Under the pieces are notes generated by a model that saw nothing but the letters and a program-made list of their open reading frames with translations, made no database searches and was not told where the DNA came from. Of a DNA stretch of 59,649 bases, positions 49,491 to 59,168 are shown in pieces (position 1 is the first letter of the stretch; each line of letters begins with the position of its first letter). The translations under genes were made by a program, and so were the position numbers. Location: sequence record DRR723986_45297; one strand, written 5' to 3'.

Positions 49491-51008
49491 ATGAATAAAA
49501 AAGTCATTTTAATGATTTTAGATGGTTGGGGAAAATCACCAGACCCTAAAGTCTCTGCCATAGATAATGCTAAAACACCTTTTATAGATTCACTATATAC
49601 TAAATATGCCAATGCAAGTTTAAGAACTGATGGACTTCATGTAGGTTTACCAGAAGGTCAAATGGGTAATAGTGAAGTTGGTCATATGAATTTAGGTGCA
49701 GGTAGAATTGTATACCAGGATTTAGTAAAAATAAATCTCGCTGTAGAACAAAAGACATTACAACAAGAAAAAGTTTTAATTGATGCTTTTAATTACGCAA
49801 AATCCAATAATAAAAAAGTTCATTTATTAGGTCTAGTAAGTGATGGTGGCGTACATTCTCATATTAATCATCTTTTTGGATTATTAGATGCCGCTAATGA
49901 TTTTGGATTAAAAGATGTTTTTGTTCATGCTTTTACAGATGGTAGAGATGTAGATCCTAAATCTGGTTATGGTTTTATATCAGAGCTAGAAGACCATTTA
50001 GATAAAACTACTGGGAAGTTAGCATCCGTTATCGGCAGATATTATGCCATGGATCGAGACAAGCGCTGGGAACGTGTAAAATTAGCTTATGACGCCATTG
50101 TTAGTGGAAAAGGCATACATACAAAACATGTTTTAAAATCAATTCAAGAAGGCTATGAAGAGAACATAACCGATGAGTTTATAAAGCCCTTGGTTATTAC
50201 TAATAAAAACGACTCACCAGTTGCTACAATCCAGGAAGATGATGTGGTTATATTCTTTAATTTTAGAACGGATCGTGGTCGCCAATTAACACAAGCTTTA
50301 TCGCAAGAAGACTTTCATGAATATAATATGCATAAATTAAATCTGCATTACGTTACATTGACCAATTATGATGATAATTTTAATGGAATAAATGTAGTTT
50401 TTAATAAAGACAACCTCACGGAAACCTTAGGTGAAGTATTAGAAAAACATCATAAAAAACAAATACGTATAGCCGAAACAGAAAAATATCCTCATGTTAC
50501 ATTTTTCTTTTCGGGTGGCCAAGAAGAACCTTTCAAGGGTGAGACAAGAATTTTAAGAAACTCACCAAAAGTAGCCACCTACGATTTAAAACCAGAAATG
50601 AGCGCTTATGAATTGCGGGATGCATTGGTGCCAGAACTAAATAAAGGTGATGTAGATTTCGTTTGCTTAAATTTTGCTAATGGTGACATGGTCGGTCATA
50701 CAGGTGTTATGGAGGCAGCAATTAAAGCCTGTGAGGCTGTAGATGAATGTGTAAAAGATGTTGTTACCACAGCCTTAGATAATGACTATACAACCATCTT
50801 AATTGCAGACCATGGTAATTGCGAAACAATGATAAACCCAGATGGTACTCCAAACACCGCACATACTACAAATCCTGTACCAATTATACTTATTGATAAA
50901 GACCTTAATAAAATTGAAGATGGAATTTTAGGTGACATAGCACCAACTATTTTAAAACTAATGGGAGTACCACAACCAGAGGCAATGACACAACACAGCC
51001 TTGTGTAA
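49491..51008 (+). CDS. gpmI: 2,3-bisphosphoglycerate-independent phosphoglycerate mutase
   Basis: ILDGWG, GQMGNSEVGH, DGGVHSH, GRYYAMDRD, AETEKY.HVTFF, DMVGHTG and ADHGN. Confidence 0.98.
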   Translation: MNKKVILMILDGWGKSPDPKVSAIDNAKTPFIDSLYTKYANASLRTDGLHVGLPEGQMGNSEVGHMNLGAGRIVYQDLVKINLAVEQKTLQQEKVLIDAFNYAKSNNKKVHLLGLVSDGGVHSHINHLFGLLDAANDFGLKDVFVHAFTDGRDVDPKSGYGFISELEDHLDKTTGKLASVIGRYYAMDRDKRWERVKLAYDAIVSGKGIHTKHVLKSIQEGYEENITDEFIKPLVITNKNDSPVATIQEDDVVIFFNFRTDRGRQLTQALSQEDFHEYNMHKLNLHYVTLTNYDDNFNGINVVFNKDNLTETLGEVLEKHHKKQIRIAETEKYPHVTFFFSGGQEEPFKGETRILRNSPKVATYDLKPEMSAYELRDALVPELNKGDVDFVCLNFANGDMVGHTGVMEAAIKACEAVDECVKDVVTTALDNDYTTILIADHGNCETMINPDGTPNTAHTTNPVPIILIDKDLNKIEDGILGDIAPTILKLMGVPQPEAMTQHSLV

Positions 51009-51051
51009 AGGTGTTATTATTGTACCTTTGTCCTAGAATTGAATTTAAAGT

Positions 51052-51462
51052 ATGAATTTTCAGGATAGATTAATAATTGCGGTAGATTTTGATGGCACCA
51101 TCGTAGAAGACGCCTATCCAAAAATAGGTAAAACAAGAATCTTTGCTTTCGAAACTTTAAAACGACTTCAAAAAGATGGTCATAGACTTATTTTATGGAC
51201 GTATAGAAGTGGCACTAAACTGCAAGAAGCTGTTGATTTTTGTAAAAGTAATGGCATAGAATTTTATGCTGTAAATGCAAGTTTCCCTGAAGAAAAATTT
51301 GACTACAGTAGAAGCCGAAAAATACATGCAGATCTTTTCATTGACGACCGTAATATAGGTGGAATTCTTGGCTGGGGCGAAATTTACCAAATGATTACCA
51401 ATGAAACTCCCAACATTAAAGGCGCAAAACGCAAAGGTGGATTCTTTAGTTGGTTTAAATAA
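51052..51462 (+). CDS. Small capless HAD phosphatase (BT0820-like)
   Basis: AVDFDGTI, LWT.R and K..AD.FIDDR. Confidence 0.85.
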   Translation: MNFQDRLIIAVDFDGTIVEDAYPKIGKTRIFAFETLKRLQKDGHRLILWTYRSGTKLQEAVDFCKSNGIEFYAVNASFPEEKFDYSRSRKIHADLFIDDRNIGGILGWGEIYQMITNETPNIKGAKRKGGFFSWFK

Positions 51463-52728
51463 CTACATCATTTCAAAATAGGCTCTATCTATAGATTCTC
51501 TATGATCAGGATGCGCAATATTTACTAAAGCTTTTACGCGTTCTTTAATCGTTTTACCATATAAATTAGCAACACCATACTCAGTTACAATGTAATGTAT
51601 GTGAGCTCTGGTAGTTACTACACCTGCTCCTTGTTTTAAAGCCGGAACAATTCTACTTACTCCTCGTTTAGTGATTGACGGTAATGCTATAATGGCCTTA
51701 CCACCATCACTTAAGGATGCGCCTCTGATAAAGTCCATTTGCCCACCTACTCCAGAATACATTTTAGAGCCAATAGAATCAGCACAAACCTGGCCAGTAA
51801 CATCAACTTCTATCGCCGAATTAATCGCCACCATTTTTGGATTCTCTTTAATTACAGAAACGTCATTTACATAATCAGACGAACGCATTTCAACAAAAGG
51901 ATTATCGTCTACATAATCATAAAGGCGTTGCGAACCCATTAAAAAAGTTGCCAATGCTCGTCCAGGATTAACACCCTTATAATTACCATTAATTACATCT
52001 TTAAGTATTAAATCAATAACACCATCAGAAAACATTTCTGTATGCAGCCCTAAATCTTTATGATTATGTAATCTAGATAATACCGCATTTGGTATATTAC
52101 CAATACCCATTTGCAGGGTGCTTCTATCTTCAATTAACTCCGCAACAAAATCTCCAATTTTAGTCTCTGTTTTAGTCGGTATAGTTTCAGGATGTGTAGG
52201 TAAAGGTTCATCACATTCAACAAAGGCGTCTATCTCAGTAACATGAATTATTCCATCACCAAAAGTTCTAGGCATTTGTTTGTTAACTTGTGCAATTACA
52301 TGATCTGCATTATCAATCGCAGCCAAGGTCGCCTCTACAGATACACCTAAAGAACAATAACCATGTATATCTGGTACCGAAACATGGATTAAGGCCACCT
52401 TTACATCAACAATATTACGTTTAAATAAAAGTGGAACTTCACTCAAAAATACTGGAGTATATGATCCATTCCCTGCTTTTAAAGTGTGTCTTACATTTTT
52501 ACCAATGAAAAAAGAATTTACGTGAAAACTATCTGCATATTTAGGATCAGCATAAGGTGCTTCCCCTTCTGTGTGTAATTGGCAAATTTCTACATTTCGT
52601 AATTCTTCGTGCCTGTCAGTAAGTGCTTTTATTAAAACATTTGGTACAGCGGCTGCTGCATGAAGATATATTTTATCGTTAGATTTTACAATTTTTAAGG
52701 CCTCCTCGGCACTAACTGTTTTATACAT
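51463..52728 (-). CDS. Acetyl-CoA hydrolase/transferase family protein (4-hydroxybutyrate CoA-transferase-like)
   Basis: TLQMGIG.IP, HTEM, GQV.ADS, SGVGGQ.DF.RGA and VTEYG.A. Start placed at ATG 52728. Confidence 0.92.
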   Translation of the reverse strand: MYKTVSAEEALKIVKSNDKIYLHAAAAVPNVLIKALTDRHEELRNVEICQLHTEGEAPYADPKYADSFHVNSFFIGKNVRHTLKAGNGSYTPVFLSEVPLLFKRNIVDVKVALIHVSVPDIHGYCSLGVSVEATLAAIDNADHVIAQVNKQMPRTFGDGIIHVTEIDAFVECDEPLPTHPETIPTKTETKIGDFVAELIEDRSTLQMGIGNIPNAVLSRLHNHKDLGLHTEMFSDGVIDLILKDVINGNYKGVNPGRALATFLMGSQRLYDYVDDNPFVEMRSSDYVNDVSVIKENPKMVAINSAIEVDVTGQVCADSIGSKMYSGVGGQMDFIRGASLSDGGKAIIALPSITKRGVSRIVPALKQGAGVVTTRAHIHYIVTEYGVANLYGKTIKERVKALVNIAHPDHRESIDRAYFEMM

Positions 52729-52854
52729 TACAATTAATTTTTTAGAATACAAACTTACCTCTGAAAATAGAGAAAAAAACTGTCTTTTATCATGTTTTAC
52801 TTATTATTTTAAAATTGCTTTAATTAGCTATCTTTGTGCCTCAATTACAGAACA

Positions 52855-53673
52855 ATGATTATAGTAAAAACCAAAGAAGAAATAGAATTAATGCGTCAAA
52901 GTGCACTTATTGTATCAAAGACTTTAGGTATGCTTGCAAAAGAGATTAAAGAGGGTGTTACTACCAATCATTTAGATACAATAGCGGAAGAATTTATTAG
53001 AGATCATGGTGCTTTACCAGGATTTAAGGGATTATATGATTGTCCTTCAACATTATTGTGTAGTGTTAATGAAGCCGTTGTACATGGTTTACCAACCGAT
53101 ATTCCTTTAAAAGATGGAGATATTGTTTCTGTAGATTGCGGAGCCTTAATGAACGGGTTCTACGGTGATCATGCGTATACTTTTGAAATCGGAAATGTTA
53201 ACGAAGAGACAAAAAAATTAATACAGGTCACCAAAGAATCGTTGTATGTTGGAATAGATAAATTACGAATTGGAAACCGTGTCGGTGATGTTGGTTATGC
53301 TATACAGCAACATTGTGAGGCTCATGGTTATGGTGTAGTCAGAGAATTGGTAGGTCATGGTATAGGAAGAAAAATGCATGAAGATCCAGAGATGCCAAAT
53401 TACGGGAGACGCGGCAGAGGTAAAAAATTTATTGAAGGTATGGTTGTTGCCATTGAACCTATGATAAATATGGGAACACATAAGGTGAAACAATTAAAAG
53501 ATGGATGGACCATTGTTACTCAAGATGGTAAGCCAAGTGTTCATTTTGAACATGATGTGGCTATTGTTGATGGGCAACCAGAAATACTCTCTACATTTGC
53601 TTATGTGCACGACGCATTAGGAATTACTTCTAATGAAGAAGACGAATTTAGAAAAGAAGCTTTTGTGCTTTAA
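52855..53673 (+). CDS. map: Methionine aminopeptidase type I
   Basis: SVNE.VVHG, D.G....GFYGD, GHGIG..MHEDP, AIEPM and HFEH. Preceded by tatctttg at 52829-52836. Confidence 0.96.
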   Translation: MIIVKTKEEIELMRQSALIVSKTLGMLAKEIKEGVTTNHLDTIAEEFIRDHGALPGFKGLYDCPSTLLCSVNEAVVHGLPTDIPLKDGDIVSVDCGALMNGFYGDHAYTFEIGNVNEETKKLIQVTKESLYVGIDKLRIGNRVGDVGYAIQQHCEAHGYGVVRELVGHGIGRKMHEDPEMPNYGRRGRGKKFIEGMVVAIEPMINMGTHKVKQLKDGWTIVTQDGKPSVHFEHDVAIVDGQPEILSTFAYVHDALGITSNEEDEFRKEAFVL

Positions 53674-53675
53674 AA

Positions 53676-54464
53676 ATGAAATCTTTATTTAAATTTTTTC
53701 TAAATATAATTCCAAGGCCACTTTTAATTAGGTTTAGTTACCTAATTCGTCCGTTATTAAAATTTATATTAAAAGGAAATACTTACACTGATCCTATTGA
53801 TGGCAATAGCTTCAGGTCTTTTTTACCATATGGTTATGGACAACAACGTCCCAATGTATTATCGCCATCTACTCTTTCTTTAGAGCGTCATAGATTATTA
53901 TGGCTGTACTTAAAAAATGAAACTAATTTTTTTTCTGGTACGTCTAAAGAAAAAACAACTCAAAGAAAAAAAGTACTGCATTTTGCTCCAGAACAATGCT
54001 TTTTGAATCGTTTTAAGGCACTAAAACATTTAGACTATACCACTACAGATTTAGTATCTCCTATAGCAAATGTGAAAGCAGATATCTGTAATCTACCATT
54101 TGCGGATAATACCTATGACATTATTCTCTGTAATCATGTATTAGAGCATATACCTGATGACACCAAGGCGATGAATGAACTTTACAGAGTTATGAAACCT
54201 GGTGGTTTTGGTATCTTTCAAATTCCTCAGGATTTAAACAGAGCATTTACATTTGAGGACGACTCTATTACTGACAGAGCAGAACGTGCAAAAATCTTCG
54301 GGCAATATGACCACGTAAGAGTTTACGGTAGAGATTATTTTGACAAACTTCGTTCGATTGGATTTAAGGTTGAAGAAGTGGATTACACCAATCAACTGTC
54401 TGCCGATCTAATTGACAAATACCGTCTAGCCCACGGAGAAATTATTCCAGTAGTTTACAAGTAA
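53676..54464 (+). CDS. Class I SAM-dependent methyltransferase (type 11-like)
   Basis: LHFAPE, DI..LPF, CNHVLEHI.DD and KPGG. Confidence 0.85.
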   Translation: MKSLFKFFLNIIPRPLLIRFSYLIRPLLKFILKGNTYTDPIDGNSFRSFLPYGYGQQRPNVLSPSTLSLERHRLLWLYLKNETNFFSGTSKEKTTQRKKVLHFAPEQCFLNRFKALKHLDYTTTDLVSPIANVKADICNLPFADNTYDIILCNHVLEHIPDDTKAMNELYRVMKPGGFGIFQIPQDLNRAFTFEDDSITDRAERAKIFGQYDHVRVYGRDYFDKLRSIGFKVEEVDYTNQLSADLIDKYRLAHGEIIPVVYK

Positions 54465-55751
54465 TTATCTAGGCGCATCAGCAACAAAACACATTTTGTT
54501 AAGTAAAGCATTATCACCTAAAATCAAATAGTCTTTACCATTTCTGTTTTGAGTAATAATGTAGTTACCATCAGCAGTTTTACGAAATCGTGATGTGCCA
54601 GAATATTTTCCATTTTCATCTTTATTAGATTCTCTTCTTACACCTTCCGCATCTATCCAGAATCGCTTATCACCTTCCAAAAGTTCGAAATTATCGTCAC
54701 AAAAACCACCTAAATAATTATAATAAGTAACATCCCATAATTTGCCATCTGATGTACTCAAAAATCCATATAACCCAGAATCACTGTACAATTCATAAAT
54801 ATTAGCACCAAGGTGAGAACCCAAACTTAACCATTGTTTATCTAGTCTTATTTGACCGTCCTTATTATACTTTTCTATTATATCATTTTTCTTTAATTCC
54901 TTTAACATGTCTTTAGAATGGTCTGCTCCTGCAAATGCTTTATCATTTAAATTATAGACATAGGCTTTGTTTGAATTATTCGGTTATGTCACAACTAGTC
55001 CATTTGCTCTAGGCAACATAACCTTACCATAATGGGTTGAGCTAGAATTAAAGGCTGTTATACTAGGCAGTAAAAAGCCAGATTGAGTTCTACAATTAAA
55101 CGCATATACTTTTGTAGGATTGTTAGGCTTATTCAACATTAAGATATAACCGTCGTAAGACAAATAATCTGTGTAATCTGAGGATTGTTCTATGATTGTA
55201 CCTCTATCGTTAATGATTCCTAATTTCACTTTTGATTCGAAAACCGCCAAATTAAATTTATTAAAGGAATGTATAGAATCTATTGCTATGGTATAAGCTT
55301 TAGATAAATCTGTCCATAAACTAGAAAGTGAATCGATGCGTCTGGCTTCTCTCTCTTCTCTCTGTCTTTGAATCTCTAAAGCCTTTTGTTCTTCAATATA
55401 TTTGTCAATCTCTCCTTGAATATTAACAAATATATCAAGCATATTTTGGTATTCCTCCTTGGTTTTATCTGTTTCTAATTCAAAATATGATCTGGCATAT
55501 GATCTAGCATTAAAGAATTCACCATGTTCAAAGTATAACATTGCGCCTAATTTTGAGACTCTGCTATTTGGAATACTATCCAAATATTTTAGGGCCTTAT
55601 TGAAAATTTCCAATGATTCATCAAATTCTAGATTGAATAAACTTTCTTCGGCTCTCTTTACATAAACACTTGCAATTTCACTATTAGATTGAGCCAAAAT
55701 AGAACTTGGAATAACTTATAAGAATACAATTATAACTAACTTTAATTTCAT
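54465..55751 (-). pseudogene. Secreted TPR-like/beta-repeat hypothetical protein with two in-frame TAA stops
   Basis: ATG 55751 MKLKLVIIVFL*VIPSSILAQS (TAA at 55716-55718) and GLVVT*PNNSNKAY (TAA at 54984-54986). All segments share one frame through to 54465. Confidence 0.75.
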
Positions 55752-55886
55752 AATAAATGGATTAAATCTTACAACAGATTTGTAAGAAAATTACTAAAAA
55801 TAAAATTATATGATATAATTAATCAATACCATACCCATTAATGGGGATATTCTATAAAATTTAAAAAGGTGGGAGAATATTATGAC

Positions 55887-56867
55887 CTATTCAGGGAAGT
55901 TGTTGAGGCTCAAAGTCTTTAATTCACGATTTTCGTCTTCAAAAATAAAATAGGCCTTTAATTCTGGATGAGAACTTAAAAAATCTTTTACCTTCTCTGC
56001 ACCCATTGCCTGAAAAGCCGTTGCATAACCATCTGCTATCATACAATTTGGTGCAATGACAGAAACACTAAGTATATTAGTCTTAGTCGGATAGCCTGTA
56101 TTGGTATTTATGATATGTGCATATCTATTACCATTTTCATCTATTTTAAACTTTCTGTAAGTACCTGACGTTGCCATAGCTTCATCCTTTAATACTAATA
56201 CCTTAGAATATGATTGGGTACCATCAAAATTCGGATCATCAATACCAACAGTCCATCCTTTATTACTTTCTAGATTTATACCAGACACACGTAAATCACC
56301 TCCAATATCTACAAGATAATTTGTGATACCCTCAGATTCTAAAAAATCTGCTATAACATCTATCCCATAACCCTTTGCTATAGCATTAAATTCTAAATAG
56401 GTAGATTCAGGCTTTTTTATATCATTATTAATTAAACCTACTCTATTAAACCCTACAAATTGCATTAAGCTATCTATAGTTGTACTATCTGTTAAAAACT
56501 TGTTTTGTTCAGCTCCAAAATTCCATGCGTTAACAACATTACCAATTGTAGGGTCAAAAGCTCCTTCTGTAGATCTATAGATTTGTTTTGAAGTCTTAAA
56601 AACTTTCTGAAAATGATTATCAACAGTAGAAATCTCATTTCTATTTAATCTTGAAATATCTGAATTAGGAATATAAGTGGAAAGCGACTGATTAACGATG
56701 TTAAACAAGCTATCTATTTCCTTTTGATAGTTAATTTGGTCTACTGAATAATATTGAATATTAAACCCAGTGCCAAACACAGGACCTGTTAACTTAAGAT
56801 TGACTGGCTTTTCTTCACTGCAAGAAAATGTAAAAACTATAAAAATTAATCCTAGTAATTTCTTCAT
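55887..56867 (-). CDS. apbE: FAD:protein FMN transferase lipoprotein
   Basis: Lipobox TFSC, S.Y...S.ISRLN, GAFDPT, AIAKGY.ID, ATSG.YR, HII...TG.P and ADG.ATA. Confidence 0.94.
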   Translation of the reverse strand: MKKLLGLIFIVFTFSCSEEKPVNLKLTGPVFGTGFNIQYYSVDQINYQKEIDSLFNIVNQSLSTYIPNSDISRLNRNEISTVDNHFQKVFKTSKQIYRSTEGAFDPTIGNVVNAWNFGAEQNKFLTDSTTIDSLMQFVGFNRVGLINNDIKKPESTYLEFNAIAKGYGIDVIADFLESEGITNYLVDIGGDLRVSGINLESNKGWTVGIDDPNFDGTQSYSKVLVLKDEAMATSGTYRKFKIDENGNRYAHIINTNTGYPTKTNILSVSVIAPNCMIADGYATAFQAMGAEKVKDFLSSHPELKAYFIFEDENRELKTLSLNNFPE

Positions 56868-56868
56868 A

Positions 56869-57246
56869 TTAATTAAGGTTCATTTCAATAACCTGAATAC
56901 CATTGTACTCAATAAGATACTCTTCATTTAAATAGATCGGTAAATCTTCTCCCTTTGGATTACCCAAACCAACTCCAGCATACAGTACTTTTGCATCCTT
57001 TTCATATGCATGCTTTTTAAAAGTCTCCATCCAAACAACATCGTAATTATTTGGATTCTCTGGTAATATAACTGCTCTTACTACAACAAAAAAGTATTGA
57101 TTATTTTTATCTATACAAACAAATTGAGGGTGTCGCTTTAGTTTGCTATTTATTGCAATAAACTCAAATCCTCTTGCTTCTAAATCCTTGCCAACATGGT
57201 TCATGGCTAGGTTATGAATTTCTTGTGGTGATAGTAGTTTACCCAT
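56869..57246 (-). CDS. Conserved hypothetical protein directly upstream of apbE
   Basis: Clean ORF ending 1 nt before the apbE start; tatctttg at 57251-57258 on the minus strand. Confidence 0.7.
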   Translation of the reverse strand: MGKLLSPQEIHNLAMNHVGKDLEARGFEFIAINSKLKRHPQFVCIDKNNQYFFVVVRAVILPENPNNYDVVWMETFKKHAYEKDAKVLYAGVGLGNPKGEDLPIYLNEEYLIEYNGIQVIEMNLN

Positions 57247-57266
57247 AATGCAAAGATACAAACTTG

Positions 57267-58133
57267 CTATTTAAACCTCACAAATTTTGAGCTTCTAAAT
57301 GTATAATTTGAAACAGGTATAACAGTAGCATCCTCCAATTGATACCATGGAGAAATAGAAGTGTCTTCTAGATTTTTAACCAAATGTACGCTTTGAGCAG
57401 GTGTATTACCCTGAAATAATAAAAATAGCTTGTCACCTTTCGCGTCAATGACCTCATCACAAATCATTACTATATGCCCAGGTGAACCACCTTTAATGAG
57501 CATATCTCCTATTCTCAGGTCTTCTGCATCAACAGACTCTAATTCATTATAAAGTGACAAGGTACCAGAATACATATAAATTAAATTTAAGTACCTATAA
57601 AAATTATCCTTTGAAGTATTAGCTCTAGTTGTTTTATAAAATGTAACTTTATACCCACTAATTTTTGGACGATAGCCTTCAGCATATTTTTTCCAGGAGC
57701 AATAATGACCAGACGTAAATTTAAAACCTATTTCGTCTTTTCTATTGTTGTCCCAGAGGTATTCACTTCTAATTCTAATTAACGCATCTGCACATTGTTG
57801 CAAGCCATTTTTAGGCACTGGAATATCTAAAATTCCGATATGACCTCCTTGCCAGAAGTATTCTGAATCATCATAGTTTATTATTTTACTTCCGAAGGTT
57901 TTTAGCTTATAGTTTCTAAGGTAATCCTCAAAATTGCCTCTAGCATAATCTACTCTCTCATACCCTTCAGGAACATTGACTCTAGATTTTATAGTTAAAC
58001 TATCCTTATTAATTAGACTCGATGTTTCAATAATAGCGGTTGCAGTCTCAATAACTTTGTTTATCGGTTTAAGTTGAAATGCTAAAAGCAAAACAATTAA
58101 TAATCCTAGTAAAACAAATATGCCTTTCTTCAT
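57267..58133 (-). CDS. DUF4846-like secreted/anchored protein
   Basis: LQQCADA.IR.R.EY, GT.SL, GGSPGH and QG.TPAQ..H. Confidence 0.75.
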   Translation of the reverse strand: MKKGIFVLLGLLIVLLLAFQLKPINKVIETATAIIETSSLINKDSLTIKSRVNVPEGYERVDYARGNFEDYLRNYKLKTFGSKIINYDDSEYFWQGGHIGILDIPVPKNGLQQCADALIRIRSEYLWDNNRKDEIGFKFTSGHYCSWKKYAEGYRPKISGYKVTFYKTTRANTSKDNFYRYLNLIYMYSGTLSLYNELESVDAEDLRIGDMLIKGGSPGHIVMICDEVIDAKGDKLFLLFQGNTPAQSVHLVKNLEDTSISPWYQLEDATVIPVSNYTFRSSKFVRFK

Positions 58134-58201
58134 AAAGAGTGAAACGTAAAAATCTGAGGTTTTCTTATATAGATTATAAATTTATGTAACTTTAAAAACT
58201 T

Positions 58202-58582
58202 ATGACTAAGAAATATATACTTCTTTTTTTTACTCTTGGGTTAGTTGTTCTTAATTCTGGATGTAAAACTAAAAATTCATTACCAGATCCATTAGAAGCT
58301 GGTTGGAAAGGGAATACTGTCTGCGAAGTTTTGCAAGATAACAAAGAGTTAAGAGTACTTAAATGTACTTTTGAGCCTGGTGTAGGTCACGAAAAGCACT
58401 ATCACAATCCACATTTTGGTTATACACTAGCTGGAGGGAAATTTAGAATCACAGACACTACTGGTATTAGAGAAATAGATGTACCAACCGATTATAGCTT
58501 CAGTAATGAAAAAATCACTTCTCATGAGGTTTTAAATATCGGAAAAACTACTGCAGTATTTTTGATTATGGAATACAAATAA
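58202..58582 (+). CDS. Cupin-domain lipoprotein
   Basis: Lipobox-like NSGC; F.PG....HYH.PH..Y...GG...H...N.G.T......E.K. Confidence 0.8.
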   Translation: MTKKYILLFFTLGLVVLNSGCKTKNSLPDPLEAGWKGNTVCEVLQDNKELRVLKCTFEPGVGHEKHYHNPHFGYTLAGGKFRITDTTGIREIDVPTDYSFSNEKITSHEVLNIGKTTAVFLIMEYK

Positions 58583-58623
58583 TTTTTTCTTATCTTTTAT
58601 CTTGAAAAAGAAAATAAAAAATC

Positions 58624-59070
58624 ATGCAAACTTCAGATCGTTTTGACAGTGCCATTAAGAAATTATATATGGCCTTTCACAACAACAGATTAAATCCTGA
58701 GGACTGCAAACAATGTGCTGTAGGTAATATATTAGACAACAAAGATAGTTGGAAGCATATGACCGATTTGCATGGCTCAGTTAGACTGAACTATGTTGGT
58801 TTGGTACATCAAAACTTAGGAAGAAAGTTTAATGGTTACACACCTCTCGAACTTCTTAAAATTGAGGAGTCATTTTTAAAAGGGTGTGGCTATCGTTTAG
58901 GACAAAATTATTGTCATAAGCCAGATTATTTCAAAGACAAAGTCATTTTGTTTAATGGTTTATGTGAAGTGGTTTCAACATTGTGTAAATTAGACAATAA
59001 GAAAGATGTGATGGATTGTAGCTTATTATTTGAATTTAAGAAATTCGACACTAAGATAGAACTAGTTTAG
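58624..59070 (+). CDS. Cys-rich conserved hypothetical protein
   Basis: 148 aa ORF with CKQCAVGN and several further Cys; followed by a terminator. Confidence 0.7.
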   Translation: MQTSDRFDSAIKKLYMAFHNNRLNPEDCKQCAVGNILDNKDSWKHMTDLHGSVRLNYVGLVHQNLGRKFNGYTPLELLKIEESFLKGCGYRLGQNYCHKPDYFKDKVILFNGLCEVVSTLCKLDNKKDVMDCSLLFEFKKFDTKIELV

Positions 59071-59072
59071 AG

Positions 59073-59114
59073 ATAAAAGGAAAACCAACGTAAATACGTT
59101 GGTTTTCCTTTTAT
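59073..59114. terminator. Bidirectional terminator, perfect 20-bp inverted repeat
   Basis: ataaaaggaaaaccaacgta-aa-tacgttggttttccttttat. Confidence 0.85.
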
Positions 59115-59117
59115 TTA

Positions 59118-59143
59118 AGATTCTGAAACGAGTTCAGAATGAC
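59118..59143. repeat. REP-like short palindrome
   Basis: attctgaa-acgag-ttcagaat with a terminal gac(a); a single copy seen in the window. Confidence 0.45.
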
Positions 59144-59168
59144 AAATCTGCCAAATATCCCTTAGCGA

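Noticed and set aside
1205..55665. Numerous 60-150 aa ORFs antisense to or nested in long genes (for example 2031-2393, 9415-9717, 20527-20988, 27855-28196, 40173-40433, 47939-48136)
   Set aside because: They overlap well-supported genes wholly or largely and have no motifs or expression signals.
1036..57261. Extended ORF-track starts (1036, 16209, 34354, 36214, 47916, 52752, 52834, 57261)
   Set aside because: The extensions overlap promoter elements or upstream genes, or add residues ahead of the family-typical N-terminus. Downstream starts fit better.
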